Positions 39,395 to 50,900 of a stretch of 64,000 nucleotides of DNA are shown in pieces. The notes below the pieces were generated by a model. It did no database searches. It was given only the letters and a program-made list of their open reading frames with translations, and was not told where the DNA came from. A program made the translations under genes and the position numbers. Numbering within the stretch: position 1 is the stretch's first letter; each line of letters begins with the position of its first letter. The DNA is from Eledone cirrhosa (lineage: Eukaryota), in NCBI GenBank assembly GCA_964016885.1, contig OZ024758.1:36704001-36768000 (forward strand), read 5' to 3'.

Positions 39395-42300
39395 ATGGTA
39401 TTAGCTGTCAGAAGTAACTCCATTGTTGGTGAGAATTCATTTAAGTCATGGTACTAGCTGTCAGAAGTAACTCCACTGTTGGTGAGAATTCATTTAAGTT
39501 CATGGTATTAGCTGTCAGAAGGAACTCTACTGTTGGTAAGAATTCATTTAAGTTCATGGTATTAGCTGTCAGAAGTAACTCCACTGTTGGTGAGAATTCA
39601 TTTAAGTTCATGGTACTAGCTGTCAGAAGTAACTCCACTGTTGGTGAGAATTCATTTAAGTTCATGGTACTAGCTTTCAGAAGTAACTCCACTGTTGGTG
39701 AGAATTCATTTAAGTTCATGGTACTAGCTGTCAGAAGTAACCCCAATGTTGGTGAGAATTCATTTAAGTTCATGGTATTAGCTGTCAGAAGTCACTCCAA
39801 TGTTGGTGAGAATTCATTTAAGTTCATGGTATTAGCTGTGAGAAGTCACTCCACTGTTGGTGAGAATTCATTTAAGTTCATGGTATTAGCTGTCAGAAGT
39901 ACCTCCACTGTTGGTGAGAATTCATTTAAGTTCATGGTATTAGCTGTCAGAAGTAACTCCACTGTTGGTGAGAATTCATTTAAGTTCATGGTATTAGCTG
40001 TCAGAAGGAACTCCAATGTTGGTGAGAATTCATTTAAGTCATGGTACTAGCTGTCAGAAGTAACTCCACTGTTGGTGAGAATTCATTTAAGTTCATGGTA
40101 TTAGCTGTCAGAAGTAACTCCACTGTTGGTGAGAATTCATTTAAGTTCATGGTACTAGCTGTCAGAAGTAACTCCAATGTTGGTGAGAATTCATTTAAGT
40201 TCATGGTATTAGCTGTCAGAAGGAACTCCACTGTTGGTGAGAATTCATTTAAGTTCATGGTATTAGCTGTCAGAAGTCACTCCACTGTTGGTGAGAATTC
40301 ATTTAAGTTCATGGTACTAGTTGTCAGAAGTAACTCCACTGTTGGTGAGAATTCATTTAAGTTCATGTTACTAGCTGTCAGAAGTAACTCCACTGTTGGT
40401 GAGAATTCATTTAAGTTCATGGTATTAGTTTGTCAGAAGTAACTCCACTGTTGGTGAGAATTCATTTAAGTTCATGGTATTAGCTGTCAGAAGTAACTCC
40501 ATTGTTGGTGAGAATTCATTTAAGTCATGGTACTAGCTGTCAGAAGTAACTCCACTGTTGGTGAGAATTCATTTAAGTTCATGGTATTAGCTGTCAGAAG
40601 GAACTCCACTGTTGGTAAGAATTCATTTAAGTTCATGGTATTAGCTGTCAGAAGTAACTCCACTGTTGGTGAGAATTCATTTAAGTTCATGGTACTAGCT
40701 GTCAGAAGTAACTCCACTGTTGGTGAGAATTCATTTAAGTTCATGGTACTAGCTGTCAGAAGTAACTCCACTGTTGGTGAGAATTCATTTAAGTTCATGG
40801 TACTAGCTGTCAGAAGTAACCCCAATGTTGGTGAGAATTCATTTAAGTTCATGGTATTAGCTGTCAGAAGTCACTCCAATGTTGGTGAGAATTCATTTAA
40901 GTTCATGGTATTAGCTGTGAGAAGTCACTCCACTGTTGGTGAGAATTCATTTAAGTTCATGGTATTAGCTGTCAGAAGTACCTCCACTGTTGGTGAGAAT
41001 TCATTTAAGTTCATGGTATTAGCTGTCAGAAGTAACTCCACTGTTGGTGAGAATTCATTTAAGTTCATGGTATTAGCTGTCAGAAGGAACTCCAATGTTG
41101 GTGAGAATTCATTTAAGTCATGGTACTAGCTGTCAGAAGTAACTCCACTGTTGGTGAGAATTCATTTAAGTTCATGGTATTAGCTGTCAGAAGTAACTCC
41201 ACTGTTGGTGAGAATTCATTTAAGTTCATGGTACTAGCTGTCAGAAGTAACTCCAATGTTGGTGAGAATTCATTTAAGTTCATGGTATTAGCTGTCAGAA
41301 GGAACTCCACTGTTGGTGAGAATTCATTTAAGTTCATGGTATTAGCTGTCAGAAGTAACTCCACTGTTGGTGAGAATTCATTTAAGTTCATGGTACTAGT
41401 TGTCAGAAGTAACTCCACTGTTGGTGAGAATTCATTTAAGTTCATGTTACTAGCTGTCAGAAGTAACTCCACTGTTGGTGAGAATTCATTTAAGTTCATG
41501 GTATTAGTTTGTCAGAAGTAACTCCACTGTTGGTGAGAATTCATTTAAGTTCATGGTATTAGCTGTCAGAAGTAACTCCATTGTTGGTGAGAATTCATTT
41601 AAGTCATGGTACTAGCTGTCAGAAGTAACTCCACTGTTGGTGAGAATTCATTTAAGTTCATGGTATTAGCTGTCAGAAGGAACTCCACTGTTGGTAAGAA
41701 TTCATTTAAGTTCATGGTATTAGCTGTCAGAAGTAACTCCACTGTTGGTGAGAATTCATTTAAGTTCATGGTACTAGCTGTCAGAAGTAACTCCACTGTT
41801 GGTGAGAATTCATTTAAGTTCATGGTACTAGCTGTCAGAAGTAACTCCACTGTTGGTGAGAATTCATTTAAGTTCATGGTACTAGCTGTCAGAAGTAACC
41901 CCAATGTTGGTGAGAATTCATTTAAGTTCATGGTATTAGCTGTCAGAAGTCACTCCAATGTTGGTGAGAATTCATTTAAGTTCATGGTATTAGCTGTGAG
42001 AAGTCACTCCACTGTTGGTGAGAATTCATTTAAGTTCATGGTATTAGCTGTCAGAAGTACCTCCACTGTTGGTGAGAATTCATTTAAGTTCATGGTATTA
42101 GCTGTCAGAAGTCACTCCAATGTTGGTGAGAATTCATTTAAGTTCATGGTATTAGCTGTGAGAAGTCACTCCACTGTTGGTGAGAATTCATTTAAGTTCA
42201 TGGTATTAGCTGTCAGAAGTACCTCCACTGTTGGTGAGAATTCATTTAAGTTCATGGTATTAGCTGTCAGAAGTAACTCCACTGTTGGTGAGAATTCATT

Positions 42301-44900
42301 TAAGTTCATGGTATTAGCTGTCAGAAGGAACTCCAATGTTGGTGAGAATTCATTTAAGTCATGGTACTAGCTGTCAGAAGTAACTCCACTGTTGGTGAGA
42401 ATTCATTTAAGTTCATGGTATTAGCTGTCAGAAGTAACTCCACTGTTGGTGAGAATTCATTTAAGTTCATGGTACTAGCTGTCAGAAGTAACTCCAATGT
42501 TGGTAAGAATTCATTTAAGTTCATGGTATTAGCTGTCAGAAGGAACTCCACTGTTGGTGAGAATTCATTTAAGTTCATGGTATTAGCTGTCAGAAGTCAC
42601 TCCACTGTTGGTGAGAATTCATTTAAGTTCATGGTACTAGTTGTCAGAAGTAACTCCACTGTTGGTGAGAATTCATTTAAGTTCATGTTACTAGCTGTCA
42701 GAAGTAACTCCACTGTTGGTGAGAATTCATTTAAGTTCATGGTATTAGTTTGTCAGAAGTAACTCCACTGTTGGTGAGAATTCATTTAAGTTCATGGTAT
42801 TAGCTGTCAGAAGTAACTCCATTGTTGGTGAGAATTCATTTAAGTCATGGTACTAGCTGTCAGAAGTAACTCCACTGTTGGTGAGAATTCATTTAAGTTC
42901 ATGGTATTAGCTGTCAGAAGGAACTCCACTGTTGGTAAGAATTCATTTAAGTTCATGGTATTAGCTGTCAGAAGTAACTCCACTGTTGGTGAGAATTCAT
43001 TTAAGTTCATGGTACTAGCTGTCAGAAGTAACTCCACTGTTGGTGAGAATTCATTTAAGTTCATGGTACTAGCTGTCAGAAGTAACTCCACTGTTGGTGA
43101 GAATTCATTTAAGTTCATGGTATTAGCTGTGAGAAGTCACTCCACTGTTGGTGAGAATTCATTTAAGTTCATGGTATTAGCTGTCAGAAGTACCTCCACT
43201 GTTGGTGAGAATTCATTTAAGTTCATGGTATTAGCTGTCAGAAGTAACTCCACTGTTGGTGAGAATTCATTTAAGTTCATGGTATTAGCTGTCAGAAGGA
43301 ACTCCAATGTTGGTGAGAATTCATTTAAGTCATGGTACTAGCTGTCAGAAGTAACTCCACTGTTGGTGAGAATTCATTTAAGTTCATGGTATTAGCTGTC
43401 AGAAGTAACTCCACTGTTGGTGAGAATTCATTTAAGTTCATGGTACTAGCTGTCAGAAGTAACTCCAATGTTGGTGAGAATTCATTTAAGTTCATGGTAT
43501 TAGCTGTCAGAAGGAACTCCACTGTTGGTGAGAATTCATTTAAGTTCATGGTATTAGCTGTCAGAAGTAACTCCACTGTTGGTGAGAATTCATTTAAGTT
43601 CATGGTACTAGTTGTCAGAAGTAACTCCACTGTTGGTGAGAATTCATTTAAGTTCATGTTACTAGCTGTCAGAAGTAACTCCACTGTTGGTGAGAATTCA
43701 TTTAAGTTCATGGTATTAGTTTGTCAGAAGTAACTCCACTGTTGGTGAGAATTCATTTAAGTTCATGGTATTAGCTGTCAGAAGTAACTCCATTGTTGGT
43801 GAGAATTCATTTAAGTCATGGTACTAGCTGTCAGAAGTAACTCCACTGTTGGTGAGAATTCATTTAAGTTCATGGTATTAGCTGTCAGAAGGAACTCCAC
43901 TGTTGGTAAGAATTCATTTAAGTTCATGGTACTAGCTGTCAGAAGTAACTCCACTGTTGGTGAGAATTCATTTAAGTTCATGGTACTAGCTGTCAGAAGT
44001 AACTCCACTGTTGGTGAGAATTCATTTAAGTTCATGGTACTAGCTGTCAGAAGTAACTCCACTGTTGGTGAGAATTCATTTAAGTTCATGGTACTAGCTG
44101 TCAGAAGTAACTCCACTGTTGGTGAGAATTCATTTAAGTTCATGGTACTAGCTGTCAGAAGTAACCCCAATGTTGGTGAGAATTCATTTAAGTTCATGGT
44201 ATTAGCTGTCAGAAGTCACTCCAATGTTGGTGAGAATTCATTTAAGTTCATGGTATTAGCTGTGAGAAGTCACTCCACTGTTGGTGAGAATTCATTTAAG
44301 TTCATGGTATTAGCTGTCAGAAGTACCTCCACTGTTGGTGAGAATTCATTTAAGTTCATGGTATTAGCTGTCAGAAGTAACTCCACTGTTGGTGAGAATT
44401 CATTTAAGTTCATGGTATTAGCTGTCAGAAGGAACTCCAATGTTGGTGAGAATTCATTTAAGTCATGGTACTAGCTGTCAGAAGTAACTCCACTGTTGGT
44501 GAGAATTCATTTAAGTTCATGGTATTAGCTGTCAGAAGTAACTCCACTGTTGGTGAGAATTCATTTAAGTTCATGGTACTAGCTGTCAGAAGTAACTCCA
44601 ATGTTGGTGAGAATTCATTTAAGTTCATGGTATTAGCTGTCAGAAGGAACTCCACTGTTGGTGAGAATTCATTTAAGTTCATGGTATTAGCTGTCAGAAG
44701 TAACTCCACTGTTGGTGAGAATTCATTTAAGTTCATGGTACTAGTTGTCAGAAGTAACTCCACTGTTGGTGAGAATTCATTTAAGTTCATGTTACTAGCT
44801 GTCAGAAGTAACTCCACTGTTGGTGAGAATTCATTTAAGTTCATGGTATTAGTTTGTCAGAAGTAACTCCACTGTTGGTGAGAATTCATTTAAGTTCATG
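39395..44900 (+). repeat. Five-copy ~20-monomer higher-order repeat (units 1079, 1079, 1241, 971, ~1133 bp)
   Basis: The ccattg marker falls at 39421, 40500, 41579, 42820 and 43791. Marker order is conserved: ggtaag, aacccc, gtcact, gtgagaagtcac, gtacct, atgtta, tagtttg. Confidence 0.92.
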
Positions 44901-47900
44901 GTATTAGCTGTCAGAAGTAACTCCACTGTTGGTGAGAATTCATTTAAGTTCATGGTACTAGTTGTCAGAAGTAACTCCACTGTTGGTGAGAATTCATTTA
45001 AGTTCATGGTACTAGCTGTCAGAAGTAACTCCACTGTTGGTGAGAATTCATTTAAGTTCATGGTATTAGTTTGTCAGAAGTAACTCCACTGTTGGTGAGA
45101 ATTCATTTAATTCATGGTATTAGTTGTCAGAAGTAACTTCAATGTTGGTGAGAATTCATTTAAGTCATGGTACTAGCTGTCAGAAGTAACTCCAATGTTG
45201 GTGAGAATTCATTTAAGTTCATGGTATTAGCTGTCAGAAGGAACTCCACTGTTGGTGAGAATTCATTTAAGTTCATGGTATTAGCTGTCAGAAGTAACTC
45301 CACTGTTTGGTGAGAATTCATTTAAGTTCATGGTACTAGCTGTCAGAAGTAACTCCACTGTTGGTGAGAATTCATTTAAGTTCATGGTATTAGTTTGTCA
45401 GAAGTAACTCCACTGTTGGTGAGAATTCATTTAAGTCATGGTATTAGTTGTCAGAAGTTTACTCCAATGTTGGTGAGAATTCATTTAATTTCATGGTACT
45501 AGCTGTCAGAAGTAACTCCACTGTTGGTGAGAATTCATTTAAGTTCATGGTATTAGCTGTCAGAAGTAACTCCACTGTTGGTGAGAATTCATTTAAGTTC
45601 ATGGTATTAGTTGTCAGAAGTAACTCCACTGTTGGTGAGAATTCATTTAAGTCATGGTATTAGTTGTCAGAAGTAACTCCAATGTTGGTGAGAATTCATT
45701 TAAGTTCATGGTATTAGCTGTCAGAAGTAACTCCACTGTTGGTGAGAATTCATTTAAGTTCATGGTATTAGCTGTCAGAAGTAACTCCACTGTTGGTGAG
45801 AATTCATTTAAGTTCATGGTATTAGCTGTCAGAAGGAACTCCAATGTTGGTGAGAATTCATTTAAGTCATGGTACTAGCTGTCAGAAGTAACTCCACTGT
45901 TGGTGAGAATTCATTTAAGTTCATGGTATTAGCTGTCAGAAGGAACGCCACTGTTGGTGAGAATTCATTTAATTCATGGTATTAGTTGTCAGAAGTAACT
46001 CCAATGTTGGTGAGAATTCATTTAAGTCATGGTACTAGCTGTCAGAAGTAACTCCAATGTTGGTGAGAATTCATTTAAGTTCATGGTATTAGCTGTCAGA
46101 AGGAACTCCACTGTTGGTGAGAATTCATTTAAGTTCATGGTATTAGCTGTCAGAAGTAACTCCACTGTTGGTGAGAATTCATTTAAGTTCATGGTACTGG
46201 CTGTCAGAAGTAACTCCAATGTTGGTGAGAATTCATTTAAGTTCATGGTATTAGCTGTCAGAAGTAACTCCACTGTTGGTGAGAATTCATTTAAGTCATG
46301 GTATTAGCTGTCAGAAGTAACTCCAATGTTGGTGAGAATTCATTTAAGTTCATGGTATTAGCTGTCAGAAGTAACTCCACTGTTGGTGAGAATTCATTTA
46401 AGTTCATGGTACTAGCTGTCAGAAGTAACTCCACTGTTGGTGAGAATTCATTTAAGTTCATGGTATTAGTTTGTCAGAAGTAACTCCACTGTTGGTGGGA
46501 ATTCATTTAAGTCATGGTATTAGTTGTCAGAAGTTTACTCCAATGTTGGTGAGAATTCATTTAATTTCATCGTACTAGCTGTCAGAAGTAACTCCACTGT
46601 TGGTGAGAATTCATTTAAGTTCATGGTATTAGCTGTCAGAAGTAACTCCACTGTTGGTGAGAATTCATTTAAGTTCATGGTATTAGTTGTCAGAAGTAAC
46701 TCCACTGTTGGTGAGAATTCATTTAAGTCATGGTATTAGTTGTCAGAAGTAACTCCAATGTTGGTGAGAATTCATTTAAGTTCATGGTATTAGCTGTCAG
46801 AAGTAACTCCACTGTTGGTGAGAATTCATTTAAGTTCATGGTATTAGCTGTCAGAAGTAACTCCACTGTTGGTGAGAATTCATTTAAGTTCATGGTATTA
46901 GCTGTCAGAAGGAACTCCAATGTTGGTGAGAATTCATTTAAGTCATGGTACTAGCTGTCAGAAGTAACTCCACTGTTGGTGAGAATTCATTTAAGTTCAT
47001 GGTATTAGCTGTCAGAAGGAACGCCACTGTTGGTGAGAATTCATTTAAGTTCATGGTATTAGCTGTCAGAGGTAACTCCACTGTTGGTGAGAATTCATTT
47101 AAGTTCATGGTACTAGTTGTCAGAAGTAACTCCACTGTTGGTGAGAATTCATTTATGTTCATGGTATTAGCTGTCAGAAGTAACTCCACTGTTGGTGAGA
47201 GTTCATTTAAGTCATGGTATTAGCTGTCAGAAGTAACTCCATTGTTGGTGAGAATTCATTTAAGTCATGGTACTAGCTGTCAGAAGTAACTCCACTGTTG
47301 GTGAGAATTCATTTAAGTTCATGGTATTAGCTGTCAGAAGGAACTCCACTGTTGGTGAGAATACATTTAAGTTCATGGTACTAGCTGTCAGAAGTAACTC
47401 CACTGTTGGTGAGAATTCATTTAAGTTCATGGTATTAGTTTGTCAGAAGTAACTCCACTGTTGGTGAGAATTCATTTAATTCATGGTATTAGTTGTCAGA
47501 AGTAACTCCAATGTTGGTGAGAATTCATTTAAGTCATGGTACTAGCTGTCAGAAGTAACTCCAATGTTGGTGAGAATTCATTTAAGTTCATGGTATTAGC
47601 TGTCAGAAGTAACTCCACTGTTGGTGAGAATTCATTTAAGTTCATGGTATTAGTTTGTCAGAAGTAACTCCACTGTTGGTGAAAATTCATTTAAGTCATG
47701 GTATTAGTTGTCAGAAGTTTACTCCAATGTTGGTGAGAATTCATTTAAGTTCATGGTACTAGCTGTCAGAAGTAACTCCACTGTTGGTGAGAATTCATTT
47801 AAGTTCATGGTATTAGCTGTCAGAAGTAACTCCACTGTTTGTGAGAATTCATTTAAGTTCATGGTACTAGCTGTCAGAAGTAACTCCAATGTTGGTGAGA

Positions 47901-50900
47901 ATTCATTTAAGTTCATGGTATTAGCTGTCAGAAGGAACTCCACTGTTGGTGAGAATTCATTTAAGTTCATGGTATTAGCTCTCAGAAGTAACTCCACTGT
48001 TGGTGAGAATTCATTTAAGTTCATGGTATTAGTTGTCAGAAGTAACTCCACTGTTGGTGAGAATTCATTTAAGTCATGGTATTTGTTGTCAGAAGTAACT
48101 CCAATGTTGGTGAGAATTCATTTAAGTTCATGGTTCTAGCTGTCAGAAGTAACTCCACTGTTGGTGAGAATTCATTTAAGTTCATGGTATTAGCTGTCAG
48201 AAGTAACTCCACTGTTGGTGAGAGTTCATTTAAGTCATGGTATTAGCTGTCAGAAGTAACTCCATTGTTGGTGAGAATTCATTTAAGTCATGGTACTAGC
48301 TGTCAGAAGTAACTCCACTGTTGGTGAGAATTCATTTAAGTTCATGGTATTAGCTGTCAGAAGGAACTCCACTGTTGGTGAGAATACATTTAAGTTCATG
48401 GTACTAGCTGTCAGAAGTAACTCCACTGTTGGTGAGAATTCATTTAAGTTCATGGTATTAGTTTGTCAGAAGTAACTCCACTGTTGGTGAGAATTCATTT
48501 AATTCATGGTATTAGTTGTCAGAAGTAACTCCAATGTTGGTGAGAATTCATTTAAGTCATGGTACTAGCTGTCAGAAGTAACTCCAATGTTGGTGAGAAT
48601 TCATTTAAGTTCATGGTATTAGCTGTCAGAAGGAACTCCACTGTTGGTGAGAATTCATTTAAGTTCATGGTATTAGCTGTCAGAAGTAACTCCACTGTTG
48701 GCGAGAATTCATTTAAGTTCATGGTACTAGCTGTCAGAAGTAACTCCAATGTTGGTGAGAATTCATTTAAGTTCATGGTATTAGCTGTCAGAAGTAACTC
48801 CACTGTTGGTGAGAATTCATTTAAGTCATGGTATTAGCTGTCAGAAGTAACTCCAATGTTGGTGAGAATTCATTTAAGTTCATGGTACTAGCTGTCAGAA
48901 GTAACTCCACTGTTGGTGAGAATTCATTTAAGTTCATGGTATAAGTTTGTCAGAAGTAACTCCACTGTTGGTGAGAATTCATTTAAGTCATGGTATTAGT
49001 TGTCAGAAGTTTACTCCAATGTTGGTGAGAATTCATTTAAGTTCATGGTACTAGCTGTCAGAAGTAACTCCACTGTTGGTGAGAATTCATTTAAGTTCAT
49101 GGTATTAGCTGTCAGAAGTAACTCCACTGTTGGTGAGAATTCATTTAAGTTCATGGTACTAGCTGTCAGAAGTAACTCCAATGTTGGTGAGAATTCATTT
49201 AAGTTCATGGTATTAGCTGTCAGAAGGAACTCCACTGTTGGTGAGAATTCATTTAAGTTCATGGTATTAGCTCTCAGAAGTAACTCCACTGTTGGTGAGA
49301 ATTCATTTAAGTTCATGGTACTAGTTGTCAGAAGTAACTCCACTGTTGGTGAGAATTCATTTAAGTTCATGGTACTAGCTGTCAGAAGTAACTCCACTGT
49401 TGGTGAGAATTCATTTAAGTTCATGGTATTAGTTTGTCAGAAGTAACTCCACTGTTGGTGAGAATTCATTTAATTCATGGTATTAGTTGTCAGAAGTAAC
49501 TCCAATGTTGGTGAGAATTCATTTAAGTCATGGTACTAGCTGTCAGAAGTAACTCCAATGTTGGTGAGAATTCATTTAAGTTCATGGTATTAGCTGTCAG
49601 AAGGAACTCCACTGTTGGTGAGAATTCATTTAAGTTCATGGTACTGGCTGTCAGAAGTAACTCCAATGTTGGTGAGAATTCATTTAAGTTCATGGTATTA
49701 GCTGTCAGAAGTAACTCCACTGTTGGTGAGAATTCATTTAAGTCATGGTATTAGCTGTCAGAAGTAACTCCAATGTTGGTGAGAATTCATTTAAGTTCAT
49801 GGTATTAGCTGTCAGAAGTAACTCCACTGTTGGTGAGAATTCATTTAAGTTCATGGTACTAGCTGTCAGAAGTAACTCCACTGTTGGTGAGAATTCATTT
49901 AAGTTCATGGTATTAGTTTGTCAGAAGTAACTCCACTGTTGGTGAGAATTCATTTAAGTCATGGTATTAGTTGTCAGAAGTTTACTCCAATGTTGGTGAG
50001 AATTCATTTAATTTCATGGTACTAGCTGTCAGAAGTAACTCCACTGTTGGTGAGAATTCATTTAAGTTCATGGTATTAGCTGTCAGAAGTAACTCCACTG
50101 TTGGTGAGAATTCATTTAAGTTCATGGTATTAGTTGTCAGAAGTAACTCCACTGTTGGTGAGAATTCATTTAAGTCATGGTATTAGTTGTCAGAAGTAAC
50201 TCCAATGTTGGTGAGAATTCATTTAAGTTCATGGTTCTAGCTGTCAGAAGTAACTCCACTGTTGGTGAGAATTCATTTAAGTTCATGGTATTAGCTGTCA
50301 GAAGTAACTCCACTGTTGGTGAGAATTCATTTAAGTCATGGTATTAGCTGTCAGAAGTAACTCCATTGTTGGTGGGAATTCATTTAAGCCATGGTACTAG
50401 CTGTCAGAAGTAACTCCACTGTTGGTGAGAATTCATTTAAGTTCATGGTATTAGCTGTCAGAAGGAACTCCACTGTTGGTGAGAATTCATTTAAGTTCAT
50501 GGTACTAGCTATCAGAAGTAACTCCACTGTTGGTGAGAATTCATTTAAGTTCATGGTACTAGCTGTGAGAAGTAACTCCAATGTTGGTGAGAATTCATTT
50601 AAGTTCATGGTATTAGCTGTCAGAAGTAACTCCACTGTTGGTGAGAATTCATTTAAGTCATGGTATTAGCTGTCAGAAGTAACTCCAATGTTGGTAAGAA
50701 TTCATTTAAGTTCATGGTACTAGCTGTCAGAAGTAACTCCACTGTTGGTGAGAATTCATTTAAGTTCATGGTATTAGCTGTCAGAAGTAACTCCACTGTT
50801 GGTGAGAATTCATTTAAGTCATGGTATTAGCTGTCAGAAGTAACTCCATTGTTGGTGAGAATTCATTGAAGTCATGGTACTAGCTGTCAGAAGTAACTCC

